A stretch of DNA of 64,000 nucleotides from contig NZ_CP043875.1 in the NCBI RefSeq assembly GCF_032878975.1, positions 734,370 through 798,369 of the forward strand, in the 5' to 3' direction. Shown here piece after piece: positions 10,642 to 21,243 of the stretch. The DNA is from Methanochimaera problematica. GTDB lineage: Archaea; Halobacteriota; Methanomicrobia; Methanomicrobiales; Methanomicrobiaceae. Numbering within the stretch: position 1 is the first letter of the stretch; each line of letters begins with the position of its first letter. Both the position numbers and the translations under genes were made by a program. The notes beneath the pieces were generated by a model. That model was not told the DNA's origin and did no database searches. It saw only the letters and a program-made list of their open reading frames with translations.

Positions 10642-11037
10642 TTACTGAAGTAGTTTTAAAGCACCATGGGGGCATGCTATTGTGCATTTTCCGCAGAGTA
10701 CGCATTTTTCAGATCTCATCTGCAAAGACCAGTCCTCATTAAAATAAAACACTTCCTGGGGGCAGATACTAATGCACTCCCCACAATCGATACATTCCTT
10801 TTCATCACGGATAACAGAATCTTCAAGAACTTCTATACCTGCTCCGGATTCCTTAAGATTCATGGAGACCTTTTCAGCATCGCTGTCCGGAACGTCTATT
10901 AAGACCTCTCCTGCCATTGATTCGATGTAAGCTCTCTCAACATTAATCAAAACTCCTGTTTCAAGGACAGCCTTTGCAATTAATGGCTCTGAGCCTTTTT
11001 TCCTGGAAAACTTTACCAGCAGTTTCATTTTCTCCAC
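10642..11037 (-). CDS. NIL-domain 2x[4Fe-4S] ferredoxin (MA1822-type, homocysteine biosynthesis partner)
   Basis: An N-terminal NIL domain plus two CxxCxxCxxxCP motifs (CIDCGECISICP, CVLCGKCTIACP). It lies immediately downstream of the DUF39-CBS gene. Confidence 0.7.
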   Translation of the reverse strand: MEKMKLLVKFSRKKGSEPLIAKAVLETGVLINVERAYIESMAGEVLIDVPDSDAEKVSMNLKESGAGIEVLEDSVIRDEKECIDCGECISICPQEVFYFNEDWSLQMRSEKCVLCGKCTIACPHGALKLLQ

Positions 11038-12533
11038 CTCGCACCAAAGAGTTTGCCGAGATCTATTGCTGTTAGGAGTCCGGCAAGTTGTCCTTTTTTG
11101 TCAACAACCGGCAATGCACTTATGTTATTTCTCTCAAGTTTCATAGCTGCTATATCCACGGCCTCGGAAGGTGTAGTTGTAACCACGTTTTTGGACATGA
11201 TATCCGATACATTATAATCTGTTCCGTCTTTGACGACTGCTTTTGATATGTCATAGGTCGTAACGATACCAACGACTTTTCCTTCATTGTTCAGGACAGG
11301 CAGGTGGTTTGTTTCATCCCTGAGAAGTTTCTTTGCCGCAGTTTTAATGTCTTCATCATCTTTTATGAAATTAACATTAGTATTCATTATCTCGCGAACA
11401 GCAGGAGCTTCTCTTGATTCTTTCATCGGCTTTACTGTAATAGATATATCCTGTTTTCTTGTGGGAAGACAAAGTTCCATTTCGCCTTTTTCAATCCAGC
11501 ATTTAAGTTCTGATGCAACCTGACGGGCTTTCTTGAAGCTTGAGAGTGACGATGTTCTGACTTCCTCTCCGTTTAACTCAACCATTCCGCTTTTTAGTTC
11601 GGCATAGGTTATTTCCCGTACTGTAGGACGGTTTCTGCTTGGAACACCATAATCAACAACAGGTGTAATAATGTCCTCATCTCTTACAGATGTATTTCTG
11701 ACAACATCCAGATTTGTAACCGGAATTGGAACTCCTATTCCAAGATACATCGAAACCCCGTAACCGGTAAATGTCGCAGCCCGCAGGAAGTCGGGGGACA
11801 TCTCCTTTAAGTCTCCTGTTGTCATAAGTGTTGCAAAAAGATTTGCCGGTGATGACTGTGTTCCCTGACCTATCACCATTCCTTTTGCACCGCAAAGGAA
11901 TATCGGAACTCCGCTTCCGATCATCTGCATTTTGGGATCATTGATTAAAGGTGACAGGCATCCTGCGCCTGAATAGCTTAAGTTTCCAAATCCGGGCAAT
12001 AGCGTTCCCATGTATGTGTGCAAAACATTTTCAGTTGAATTGGTTGCGGCAGCATATCTCTGATAGGCGTTTCTGGGGTTGCACATTGTTGCCTGATTCA
12101 TATCTTCGAGAAGAAGTTCTGTTGTTATTGTTTTTCTTGGATAGCAGTCTGTTCCTTTTGCTGAAGCCCTGAGTTCAACGGATTTTCCGGAGATCAGATC
12201 TTCTATTACATGTGCGCCCCCGTATTTATTGCCTAATATTTCAGATTCCTGTGTTGCTCCAAGATACGCATCCACTGCTGCAATACCTGAATAGACTTCG
12301 ACATCATTTAACCAGGCCCGTTCCATTCTTATTGGAGGATCTGCATGACCAAAATTAAAAAATGCGCCTGATGAACACATAGCGCCAAAAGTTCCGGTAG
12401 TTACAACATCCACTTCTTTAAGCGCTCCTTCTTCACCAAGCTCTGCAACGATGTCAGGCATATCTTCTGCCGTAACAACTCTTGCATTGCCATTGCGTAT
12501 TTTGAGATTAATCTCTTCAATGGACTTTTCCAT
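11025..12533 (-). CDS. DUF39 (COG1900) protein with tandem CBS domains; sulfide-dependent homocysteine biosynthesis (MA1821-type)
   Basis: The conserved DUF39 N-terminal domain followed by two C-terminal CBS modules. It forms an operon with the NIL-ferredoxin. Confidence 0.7.
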   Translation of the reverse strand: MEKSIEEINLKIRNGNARVVTAEDMPDIVAELGEEGALKEVDVVTTGTFGAMCSSGAFFNFGHADPPIRMERAWLNDVEVYSGIAAVDAYLGATQESEILGNKYGGAHVIEDLISGKSVELRASAKGTDCYPRKTITTELLLEDMNQATMCNPRNAYQRYAAATNSTENVLHTYMGTLLPGFGNLSYSGAGCLSPLINDPKMQMIGSGVPIFLCGAKGMVIGQGTQSSPANLFATLMTTGDLKEMSPDFLRAATFTGYGVSMYLGIGVPIPVTNLDVVRNTSVRDEDIITPVVDYGVPSRNRPTVREITYAELKSGMVELNGEEVRTSSLSSFKKARQVASELKCWIEKGEMELCLPTRKQDISITVKPMKESREAPAVREIMNTNVNFIKDDEDIKTAAKKLLRDETNHLPVLNNEGKVVGIVTTYDISKAVVKDGTDYNVSDIMSKNVVTTTPSEAVDIAAMKLERNNISALPVVDKKGQLAGLLTAIDLGKLFGARWRK

Positions 12534-12629
12534 GTTAATGTTTCTTGTTTTTTGAATATTTATATCTGATGTTTATTACTTTCGGTAATATGTCAAGATA
12601 TATCAAAAATAATGTTGCATTAATTTACT

Positions 12630-13337
12630 ATGCATATTGAAGATTTTGTCCGTCTGATGGAAGATATTGCCCCCCCTGATTTAGCGGAAGATTTTGATGA
12701 GAGCAGAATAGGTCTTGTTGTTGAAGGAAAAAGAGACATAGAAAATGTAGCATGTGCACTGGATGCTACGCTAAACACGGTCTCAGATGCTGTCAGCATT
12801 AATGCAGATATGCTCGTCGTCCATCATACTCCTATATGGAATCCCGTTACCCGGATTTCAGGGATTCAAAAAGAAATTTTACAAAAAGCATTGGCCTCTG
12901 ATCTCAATATCTATGTAATGCATACAAATTACGATCATGCAGACGGGGGAATAAATGATTCACTTTCCGCTCTGTTAAATCTTAGAAACTGCAGGAAAAT
13001 GAGTCTTGGAATCATTGGCGATTGTTCTGTTTCATTGGAAGAAATATCCAAAATAACCGGAAGCGGTCTGCGTGTTTATGGGGAAATAAAAGATCTTAAA
13101 AATCTTGCTATTGTGGGTGGAAGTGGTTTTGACCCTGAACTGATAAATGAAGCAAAAAATCTGGGCGCTGATGCCTTTTTATCTTCAGAATTAAAGCACA
13201 GTGTAATTTTGTCGTCATCTCTGCCCCTGATTGAATCAACTCATTATGCACTTGAATCGCCAGGAATGAAAATGCTGTCCGAAAAAATGGGATGGACATT
13301 TATTGATGATAAACCGGCAGGCCGGCTATATTTATAA
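12630..13337 (+). CDS. NIF3-family dinuclear-metal-centre protein (GTP cyclohydrolase 1 type 2 homologue)
   Basis: The N-terminus (IEDFVRLMEDIAPPDLAEDFD) and the C-terminal HYALESPGM motif are typical of NIF3/YqfO. Confidence 0.65.
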   Translation: MHIEDFVRLMEDIAPPDLAEDFDESRIGLVVEGKRDIENVACALDATLNTVSDAVSINADMLVVHHTPIWNPVTRISGIQKEILQKALASDLNIYVMHTNYDHADGGINDSLSALLNLRNCRKMSLGIIGDCSVSLEEISKITGSGLRVYGEIKDLKNLAIVGGSGFDPELINEAKNLGADAFLSSELKHSVILSSSLPLIESTHYALESPGMKMLSEKMGWTFIDDKPAGRLYL

Positions 13338-13346
13338 TCCCTGCCT

Positions 13347-13679
13347 ATGGACGATCTCTGGAAAAAACTGAATATCTCCGGCAGGCTGACTCCTGCATTA
13401 AGAAGCGAGATTATAGACATATATGGAAAAAAAGGGGAAAAAGCCCTGTATGCTGTTGAAAATAAAAAAATATACAAATATCTTGATTTTTATGTGGTGG
13501 CAGGAAAAACCGGTGAATATGTAGTAGAAAATAATTTTTGCACATGCTATGATTTTTCTTACCGGCAGGTTGAATGCTGGCACATTCTTGCAGTAAAAAT
13601 TGCAAAATTAACTGGTTTTTTTATCAAAATTCCAAAATGGTATCAGGACAGATGGGCTGCCGGAAGTACTGATGAATAA
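13347..13679 (+). CDS. SWIM-type zinc-finger small protein
   Basis: A CTCYDF...CWHILAV CxC...CxH arrangement. Confidence 0.5.
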   Translation: MDDLWKKLNISGRLTPALRSEIIDIYGKKGEKALYAVENKKIYKYLDFYVVAGKTGEYVVENNFCTCYDFSYRQVECWHILAVKIAKLTGFFIKIPKWYQDRWAAGSTDE

Positions 13680-13736
13680 TTGCAAACACTAATACTCTTT
13701 CAGGAGTACATTTGTGAAGGTACAGCGTGGTTTTCT

Positions 13737-16472
13737 ATGCTCGAAGAAGAGTATCAGCTTGAATATTTTAAGTCACAGGGCCTTGTAAGAAAAATCTGCA
13801 GCAAATGCGGATCAGCTTTCTGGACTCGTAATCCCGAACGTGAGGATTGCGGGGATGCACCCTGTGTACCATATAGTTTTATTGGGAATCCGGTTTTTAA
13901 ACCTCATTCCCTTGATGAGATGCGTGAAGCCTACCTTTCATTTTTTGAAAATCAGGGGCACACAAGAATAAAACGATATCCTGTTGCAGCAAGATGGAGA
14001 GACGATATTTATCTGACTATTGCTTCAATTGCAGATTTTCAGCCTTTTGTTACAAGCGGGGTTGTTCCTCCGCCTGCAAATCCGCTAACCATATCTCAAT
14101 CATGCATAAGGCTTAATGATCTTGACTCTGTCGGGCGTTCCGGCAGACACCTTACCACCTTTGAGATGATGGCACACCACGCCTTTAATTCTGATAGTGA
14201 GGAGATTTACTGGAAGGACAGGACAGTAGAACTCTGTGATCAGTTTATTGAATCTATCGGCGGAGATCTTAAGGATGTAACATATAAAGAGCATCCCTGG
14301 ATTGGTGGCGGAAATGCGGGTCCGAGTGTTGAGGTAATGATTGGCGGTCTTGAAATCGCAACACTTGTCTTTATGAGTCTTGGCAAGACCAGGAATGATA
14401 AAGAGCCGGTTATGCTTGAGGGAACTGCATATTATCCGATAGACTTGAGGATTGTCGATACCGGCTATGGTCTTGAGCGTCTTGTATGGGCATCAAAAGG
14501 ATCTCCGACAATTTATGATGCAATATTCCCTGAGATGGTAAATGATTTGATGGTATCAGCAGGAATCGAAGCTCTCCTGGATGATCCTGAGTTTACCCGA
14601 ATTCTGGGTATGAATGCAAGATATGCAGGCCTGATGGATATTACAGGTTCTAATCTCGTTTCTATGAGAAAGAAGGTTGCAGAAAATATTGGTGTTTCAT
14701 ACGAGAAACTCCAGTCAATAATGGAACCTGTTGAGAGAATCTATGCGATAACTGATCATACACGGTGCCTTGCTTATATGCTTGGGGACTGCATTGTCCC
14801 TTCAAATGCCCAGGAAGGATATCTTGCCCGTCTTGTAATCCGCAGAACTCTCAGGATGATGAATGAGATTGGATTAAAAGACGATCTTGCTGATCTCATT
14901 GAAAGACAGATGAGGAGCATAGGCATTGATTCTTTTGAACAGGACATAAGCATTGTTCGCGAAATTGTCGCAAATGAGGTCATAAAATATGAACAGACAA
15001 TGGAGCGTGGTGCAAGAATTGTGCAGAAGATTGCAGCCGGTTATAAAAAGGAGAATAAACCTGTTCCCTTAAAAGAACTGATAACACTCTATGACTCTCA
15101 CGGACTTCCTCCGGAAATCGTAAGGGATGTTGCAGCTAAAGAAGGAGCAGAAGTTGAACTCCCTGATAATTTCTATTCACTTGTTGCAGATTTACATTCA
15201 GAATCTGATGATGAGGTAAAGGAAGATCCCTATGCGGGCATACGCCAGAGAGTCAGTGCATTGCCTCCAACAAGAAGATTATATTATGAACAGGTTGCAG
15301 ATACCGAGTTTGAAGCTATGGTCATTGATCAGTTTGAAGATTATGTTGTTCTTGACCAGACTCTATTTTATCCGGAAGGCGGAGGTCAGCCTGCGGATAT
15401 AGGAAATCTTGTTTCAAATGAGATGATGGTTAAGGTTGAGAATACTTTCAAGATCGGCGATGTAATTCTTCACAAAGTTAAGGGAGAAAAGCTTAAGCGT
15501 GGAACCCCTGTCAAAGGTGTTGTTGATGAAGATTACCGCTGGACAATGATGAGGCATCACACTGCAACTCACATATTACTTCATGCTGCAAAAGAAGTTC
15601 TTGGCGTTCATGTTCATCAGGCAGGTGCACAGAAAGGATATGAGAGTTCAAGAATGGATCTCCGTCATTTCAGGCACATCACAGCTGATGAATTGAAAAG
15701 AATTGAGATTGCTGCCAACCGCCTGATTTATTCAAATGTACATGTTTACACCGAATGGGAAGACCGTACCCGTGCTGAGCAGAAATATGGATTTTGCCTA
15801 TACCAGGGTGGTGTCCCTCCCGGTAAAGAGATACGTATTGTAAAAGTATCAGGAGATGTACAGGCATGTGCAGGAACACATTGCCGCAATACCGGAGAGG
15901 TTGGAAGTATCAAGATAATCCGTGTAGAGCATGTTCAGGATGGCATAGAAAGAATTGAATTTGCTGCAGGTCTTTCTGCTGTTAGATATATGCAGAAAGT
16001 TGAAAACCTTCTTGATGTTTCAGCAGATGCTCTGAGCGTGCAGCGTGAGAATCTGCCTTCTTCTGTGGAACGTTTCTTCATGGAATGGAAGGAGCAGAAA
16101 AAACAGATCGAGAAAATTCAAAATGAGCTTGTTGAACTAAAATTGAATTCGATTGAAGCGGAAAATATCAAAGGTATTCCTGTTGCAGTACATGAGATTG
16201 ACGCATCTCCAAAGGAGCTTGTATCAATCGCAACCCGTTTTGCAAATGAAGGCGGAGTAGGTTTGATTGTCGGTGGAGATGAGAGAATTCATGTTGTTGC
16301 TGCATCGGGAGTCGGTTCGGTAAATGCGGGAGAAATTGTAAAAACCGTATGCAATATTCTGGGCGGCAAAGGCGGCGGCAAACCGGGTCTTGCTCAGGGT
16401 GTTGGAAATGACCGGACACAGATCCAAAATGCATTGTCTGCAGGAAAAGAGCTTATATCAAAACTAATCTAA
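13737..16472 (+). CDS. alaS: Alanine--tRNA ligase (AlaRS), archaeal type
   Basis: About 910 aa. It shows the archaeal N-terminus MLEEEYQLEYF, the class II catalytic core, the HxxxH/CxxxH editing motif (HTATHILLHAAK, CAGTHC), and a C-terminal DHHA1-like domain. The ORF track starts 57 nt further upstream. Confidence 0.9.
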   Translation: MLEEEYQLEYFKSQGLVRKICSKCGSAFWTRNPEREDCGDAPCVPYSFIGNPVFKPHSLDEMREAYLSFFENQGHTRIKRYPVAARWRDDIYLTIASIADFQPFVTSGVVPPPANPLTISQSCIRLNDLDSVGRSGRHLTTFEMMAHHAFNSDSEEIYWKDRTVELCDQFIESIGGDLKDVTYKEHPWIGGGNAGPSVEVMIGGLEIATLVFMSLGKTRNDKEPVMLEGTAYYPIDLRIVDTGYGLERLVWASKGSPTIYDAIFPEMVNDLMVSAGIEALLDDPEFTRILGMNARYAGLMDITGSNLVSMRKKVAENIGVSYEKLQSIMEPVERIYAITDHTRCLAYMLGDCIVPSNAQEGYLARLVIRRTLRMMNEIGLKDDLADLIERQMRSIGIDSFEQDISIVREIVANEVIKYEQTMERGARIVQKIAAGYKKENKPVPLKELITLYDSHGLPPEIVRDVAAKEGAEVELPDNFYSLVADLHSESDDEVKEDPYAGIRQRVSALPPTRRLYYEQVADTEFEAMVIDQFEDYVVLDQTLFYPEGGGQPADIGNLVSNEMMVKVENTFKIGDVILHKVKGEKLKRGTPVKGVVDEDYRWTMMRHHTATHILLHAAKEVLGVHVHQAGAQKGYESSRMDLRHFRHITADELKRIEIAANRLIYSNVHVYTEWEDRTRAEQKYGFCLYQGGVPPGKEIRIVKVSGDVQACAGTHCRNTGEVGSIKIIRVEHVQDGIERIEFAAGLSAVRYMQKVENLLDVSADALSVQRENLPSSVERFFMEWKEQKKQIEKIQNELVELKLNSIEAENIKGIPVAVHEIDASPKELVSIATRFANEGGVGLIVGGDERIHVVAASGVGSVNAGEIVKTVCNILGGKGGGKPGLAQGVGNDRTQIQNALSAGKELISKLI

Positions 16473-16484
16473 TATTGGACTTAA

Positions 16485-17249
16485 ATGACTGATGGTGTAG
16501 TTCTGCTTGAACCCGGAGACGAGAGGGCAAAAAAGATTGGAAAGGCTATGGCAAGCCAGACCGTAAATGAAATCCTTGCCCTTCTAAAAACCGGGGATCT
16601 CACTCTTTCAGAGATTGCAGAACAACTTAATCAGCCGATGACCACTGTGAAGTATCATGTTGAAAATGTGCTTGATGCCGGTCTTATTGAAGTTAAACAT
16701 ATAAAATATAGTGAAAAGGGCAGAGAAGTAAAGATATACGGTTTATGTGATCAGGTGGTGATAGTGTCTCCTGGCACAAAAGATCTTAGATCAATACTTT
16801 TAAAGTATGCTTCTCTGTTCAGTATTTTTGTTCTTGCCACTGTTTTAGTCGGAGCAATGTCGGGTACATTTTTTTCCGGTTTTATACAGACTCAGGATAT
16901 TACAGTTCAGGACTCCGTGTTCGAATATGCATCGCCTGAAATTATTGCATATGGATTAGATAATAATTCTTATGAGACAACGCCGGAAATGCTTAAAAAG
17001 ATCTCTGTGGTGCAGGCTTCATATAATGAGAGCAGAAGTACAGGTGGGCAATATGCAAAAGGTGATGCCTTACTTTTATCTGCAAAAGATAAAACAACAG
17101 AGGCTCCTTATGATGCAATAAATATTATTGTAATTGCTTTCTTCATGGGAGGCTGCCTGGTGCTTTTAATTTTGGGAATGTATGAGGCAGTAATCTGGAG
17201 AAGGGAAAGAAAATACTGGGAGAGTCTGAACCAAAAAAGTGAGAAATAA
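16485..17249 (+). CDS. ArsR-like HTH transcription regulator fused to a membrane segment
   Basis: An N-terminal winged HTH (TVNEILALLKTGDLTLSEIAEQL) and C-terminal TM helices. Confidence 0.5.
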   Translation: MTDGVVLLEPGDERAKKIGKAMASQTVNEILALLKTGDLTLSEIAEQLNQPMTTVKYHVENVLDAGLIEVKHIKYSEKGREVKIYGLCDQVVIVSPGTKDLRSILLKYASLFSIFVLATVLVGAMSGTFFSGFIQTQDITVQDSVFEYASPEIIAYGLDNNSYETTPEMLKKISVVQASYNESRSTGGQYAKGDALLLSAKDKTTEAPYDAINIIVIAFFMGGCLVLLILGMYEAVIWRRERKYWESLNQKSEK

Positions 17250-17399
17250 TATCTGTCTTAATTTTTTATATGACAATTCAAACAATGTCTAAATAAAATC
17301 CCTCTTTAAATATGTCCCCAATTTAAAATGAATTGACAAGCAGAGAGAAATTATTTTTATCAATATTTTTCCGAAAAAATATAATTTTTAGATAGATGT

Positions 17400-18146
17400 T
17401 CATTCACGGTAAAGGGATACCACTTCACCGATTACAATAATTGCCGGAGGTTTAACTCCCACTTGTTTTGCCTTGTCAGAAATATCTGATAATATTCCTG
17501 TCGTAACCCTTTGATCAGGTCTCATACCCCTTTCAATAATTGCAACAGGCTTTTTATCATCCATGCCATTATCAATCAGTGCTTTTGTAATATTCGGGAG
17601 GTTTTTTACACCCATCAGGATTACTATTGTGCCTGGTGAATCTGCAAGCCATTTCCAGTTGACTGCGGACTCTTCTTTTGTTGGATCTTCGTGGCCTGTT
17701 AAAAAAGTAACCTGGGATGCAAACTTTCTGTGTGTTACAGGAATACCGACACACTCGGGTACGGCAATTGCACTAGTGACACCCGGAACCATTTCTACTT
17801 CTATTCCGTGTTCATGAAGTGTTTCCATTTCTTCTCCTCCCCTTCCGAAGAGGAATGGATCTCCTCCTTTTAAACGTACGACAGTTTTGCCATCCTTGGC
17901 ATATTTCACCATCAAAAGTTCAATTTCATCCTGTTCTTTTGTATGCTTCCCGCCAAATTTTCCAACATCCACTTTTTCAACATCGGGAAGAGATGATAAA
18001 ACATCATCACCCGGAAGCTGATCATACAAAATTACATCAGCCATTTCGATAACTTCCCTTGCACGATATGTCATAAGTCCAAGACCGCCCGGTCCTGAAC
18101 CAACCAGATATACTTTACCAGTCATTTTTTCACCAATTTTATTCAA
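17400..18146 (-). CDS. cobA: Uroporphyrinogen-III C-methyltransferase (SUMT)
   Basis: The VYLVGSGPGGLGLMT SAM-binding motif and ~240 aa size. Confidence 0.8.
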   Translation of the reverse strand: MNKIGEKMTGKVYLVGSGPGGLGLMTYRAREVIEMADVILYDQLPGDDVLSSLPDVEKVDVGKFGGKHTKEQDEIELLMVKYAKDGKTVVRLKGGDPFLFGRGGEEMETLHEHGIEVEMVPGVTSAIAVPECVGIPVTHRKFASQVTFLTGHEDPTKEESAVNWKWLADSPGTIVILMGVKNLPNITKALIDNGMDDKKPVAIIERGMRPDQRVTTGILSDISDKAKQVGVKPPAIIVIGEVVSLYRE

Positions 18147-18162
18147 AAATAATTTTTATTTA

Positions 18163-19041
18163 TTAGATACCGAGATTCTGACGGGCTTCTTCTATTAAAT
18201 CAGAAGCCATGCCGCGAAGTTTCTGGCCGATAAGGTGACCTTCCTCAATTGATTCGCCATTATCCTCAATTCTCTCCCAACGCTTACCGTCAAGAGAAAG
18301 AACTTCCGCAATCAAAAATCCGTCTTTGCAGTATACGCCCTGGGGTGTGAAACATCCGCCGCCTATCTCCTCCATTACCGCACGTTCAACCTCCGTATCG
18401 ATTCTTGTCTGAGGGTGATCAAGAACTGAAAGCTGTTTTACAAGTTCAGGGTCATCACGGCAGACTACTGCAATTGTACCCTGATTCGGGGATGGAACAT
18501 ACCACTGACACAAAAGACGTGTTCCCGGAAGATCCATTGAAAGACGCTGCATTCCTGCCTCTGCAAGAACTATTGCATCATATTCTCCTTCTCTTAATTT
18601 ACGAAGGCGTGTGTCAACATTTCCACGGAGTTCTTTAATTTCTGCATTCAGATTTCCTCTCTTCAGCTGTGCAGTCCTTCTTGTGCTTGAAGTTCCAATA
18701 ATTTTGATTTCTTCCAGGGGGCATTCATGTACCAGAAAATCAGCAGGAGAATCCCGCTCAAGTACTGCGCATGTAGTGACTCCTGTTGGCCTTTGTGCCG
18801 GGATATCTTTCATGCTATGAACTGCAAAATCAACTTCTCCTGTTATAATGGCATCATCAAGAGCTCTTACAAATATGCCCTGTCCCCCTACTTTGTGAAG
18901 AGGGACATCTGTTTTGTCATCTCCTACAGTTTTTATAATGACAATTTCTGTATCGATTCCTTTTTCTGCAAGGATCTTACATACACGTTCTGTCTGTGCC
19001 ATTGCAAGGCGTGAGCCTCTGGTTCCCAATTTTAAAGGCAT
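18163..19041 (-). CDS. hemC: Porphobilinogen deaminase (hydroxymethylbilane synthase)
   Basis: The [16 protein letters not shown]-terminus and the dipyrromethane cofactor Cys region. Confidence 0.85.
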   Translation of the reverse strand: MPLKLGTRGSRLAMAQTERVCKILAEKGIDTEIVIIKTVGDDKTDVPLHKVGGQGIFVRALDDAIITGEVDFAVHSMKDIPAQRPTGVTTCAVLERDSPADFLVHECPLEEIKIIGTSSTRRTAQLKRGNLNAEIKELRGNVDTRLRKLREGEYDAIVLAEAGMQRLSMDLPGTRLLCQWYVPSPNQGTIAVVCRDDPELVKQLSVLDHPQTRIDTEVERAVMEEIGGGCFTPQGVYCKDGFLIAEVLSLDGKRWERIEDNGESIEEGHLIGQKLRGMASDLIEEARQNLGI

Positions 19042-20273
19042 TTGTTATAGGCTCCACTTATATACTCAATGTCTTCTTCTGTGTGTGCAGCGGATACAAA
19101 ATTTGTCTCAAACTGAGATGGCGGTAGAAAGACTCCTGACTGCAACATTTTTTTCCAGAAATCTGCATACTTTTCAGTGTTACTCTCTTTGGCCTGAACA
19201 TAATTCTTAGGCGGTTTTTCCCTGAAGAACAGCTTAAAGATGGAACCGAGACGTACAAAAGAATCCCTGTATTTTTCTGGTAGTGATTCATGAATTATCT
19301 TAGTATATCCGTCAAGCCTTTCGTAAAGCCGGCTGTTATCGTGAATGTAGTTAAGCATCGCAATACCTGATGCGAGAGTGAGTGGATTCCCGCTGAAAGT
19401 TCCTGCCTGATATACCGGTCCTGCAGGTGCAACCATCTCCATTATCTCACGTCTTCCACCAAAGACCCCGATTGGAAGTCCTCCTCCAACGATCTTTCCC
19501 AGGGTTGTAATGTCCGGTTTAATATCGTATTTTACCTGTGCTCCACCAATTCCAAGACGGTATCCGCAGATTACTTCATCACAGATGAGTAAAACATCAT
19601 TTTCCTCTGTTATTTTTCTGACTTCCTTTAGATAGCCATCTTCCGGAAGAATCGGGCCTATGTTTCCCATTACAGGTTCAATTATGAATGCAGCAACATT
19701 ATTGTTTTTTGCCAACAGGTTTTCGAGTGACTCTATGTCATTGTATGGAACCTGTGCTGTATGAGATACGATTTCTGGTATTACTCCTGCTGAATCAGGA
19801 ACGCCCATTGTTGTTGCACCTGATCCTGCCTGAATTAACACCCCGTCATGTGCACCATGAAAACCGCCTTCAACCTTGATTATATCTTTTTTGCCGGAAT
19901 ACCCTCTTGCAAGGCGTATCGCTGCCATTGTTGCCTCAGAACCGCTCGAAACAAAACGGCACATGTCCATGGAAGGATGGTCGCCTGTTACTATCTTTGC
20001 AAGTTTTATTTCAGCTTCTGCAGGAGTTCCGAAAAGCCATCCGTTATCAAGCTGATCTTTTATTGCCGATTTAACAAAAGGATGTGCATGACCAAGTAAA
20101 AGAGGGCCGTAGCCCATACAGCAGTCTATCAGGGAATCTCCATCTTCTGTGTATATTTTAGACCCTTCTGCCCTTTTTGTATAGAACGGGTATGGCTTTA
20201 TGGCACGTACCGGACTGCTGACACCTCCGGGTATCAGTGTTTTTGCTGTTTCAAATAATTCACTGCTCTTCAT
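19032..20273 (-). CDS. hemL: Glutamate-1-semialdehyde 2,1-aminomutase
   Basis: [24 protein letters not shown] is the typical HemL N-terminus, and the protein has the class-III aminotransferase PLP fold. The start is taken at the internal Met of ORF 19032-20300. Confidence 0.85.
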   Translation of the reverse strand: MKSSELFETAKTLIPGGVSSPVRAIKPYPFYTKRAEGSKIYTEDGDSLIDCCMGYGPLLLGHAHPFVKSAIKDQLDNGWLFGTPAEAEIKLAKIVTGDHPSMDMCRFVSSGSEATMAAIRLARGYSGKKDIIKVEGGFHGAHDGVLIQAGSGATTMGVPDSAGVIPEIVSHTAQVPYNDIESLENLLAKNNNVAAFIIEPVMGNIGPILPEDGYLKEVRKITEENDVLLICDEVICGYRLGIGGAQVKYDIKPDITTLGKIVGGGLPIGVFGGRREIMEMVAPAGPVYQAGTFSGNPLTLASGIAMLNYIHDNSRLYERLDGYTKIIHESLPEKYRDSFVRLGSIFKLFFREKPPKNYVQAKESNTEKYADFWKKMLQSGVFLPPSQFETNFVSAAHTEEDIEYISGAYNKCL

Positions 20274-21243
20274 CAATCCACCTCGCTGCATCTTCAGCAA
20301 AATAAGTTATAATTAAATCCGCTCCCGCACGTTTTATTGAGACAAGGCTTTCCATTGCAACTTTTCTCTCATCCAGCCATCCGTTCTGTGATGCGGCTTT
20401 AATCATAGAATATTCGCCGCTGACCTGATATGCCGCAACCGGAAGGCCCAGGGATGACACCGACATTATTACATCGTGGTAAAAGCCGGCAGGTTTGACC
20501 ATCAATATGTCGGCTCCCTCACAGAGATCCATTTCAGATTCAAGATAGGCTTCTCTAGCGTTTTCTGCTCTCATCTGGTATGTGGAACGATCTCCAAATG
20601 ACATCCCGGAATCTGCAGCATCCCTGAAAGGACCGTAAAGTGCACTTGCAAATTTGGTTGAATATGACATAATAGGTAATTCCTCAAATCCCTCACAGTC
20701 AAGTGCTTCTCTGATTGTTACTACCATGCCGTCAAGCATGCATGAGGGTGCAACCATATCTGCACCTGCTCTTGCATGTGATACCGCAATTCTTGCCATT
20801 ACTTCAAGAGAAGTATCATTTAAAAGATCCATTCCGTCTGACGACTCTCCGATTATACCGCAGTGTCCGTGATCTGTGTATTCGCAGGCACAAACATCTG
20901 TTATTACAACCATATCCGGAACTTTTGCTTTAATCGTCCGGACAGCTTTTTGAATAACGCCGTCTTCAATCCACCCTGATGTACCGCAGTAATCTTTTTC
21001 ATTTGGAATTCCAAAAAGGATCATAGCCCTGATGCCTGCTGATTTAATTCTTTGTGCAACAAATGCGGCATCTGAAAGGGGATAGCGGTACTGACCCGGC
21101 ATTGATGATATCGGCTTTTTTTCCGATATTGTTTCATCGAAAAATACCGGTGCAATCAGATCATTTTTTGAAATGACTGTTTCTTTGAAAAGAGGTTGCA
21201 GGTTTCTCTTTCTCAGTCTTCTAAGTCTTCTTTGGGGGAACAT
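20260..21243 (-). CDS. hemB: Porphobilinogen synthase (ALA dehydratase)
   Basis: An RRLRRLR N-terminal signature with the active-site Lys and metal-Cys cluster regions. Confidence 0.85.
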   Translation of the reverse strand: MFPQRRLRRLRKRNLQPLFKETVISKNDLIAPVFFDETISEKKPISSMPGQYRYPLSDAAFVAQRIKSAGIRAMILFGIPNEKDYCGTSGWIEDGVIQKAVRTIKAKVPDMVVITDVCACEYTDHGHCGIIGESSDGMDLLNDTSLEVMARIAVSHARAGADMVAPSCMLDGMVVTIREALDCEGFEELPIMSYSTKFASALYGPFRDAADSGMSFGDRSTYQMRAENAREAYLESEMDLCEGADILMVKPAGFYHDVIMSVSSLGLPVAAYQVSGEYSMIKAASQNGWLDERKVAMESLVSIKRAGADLIITYFAEDAARWIDEEQ

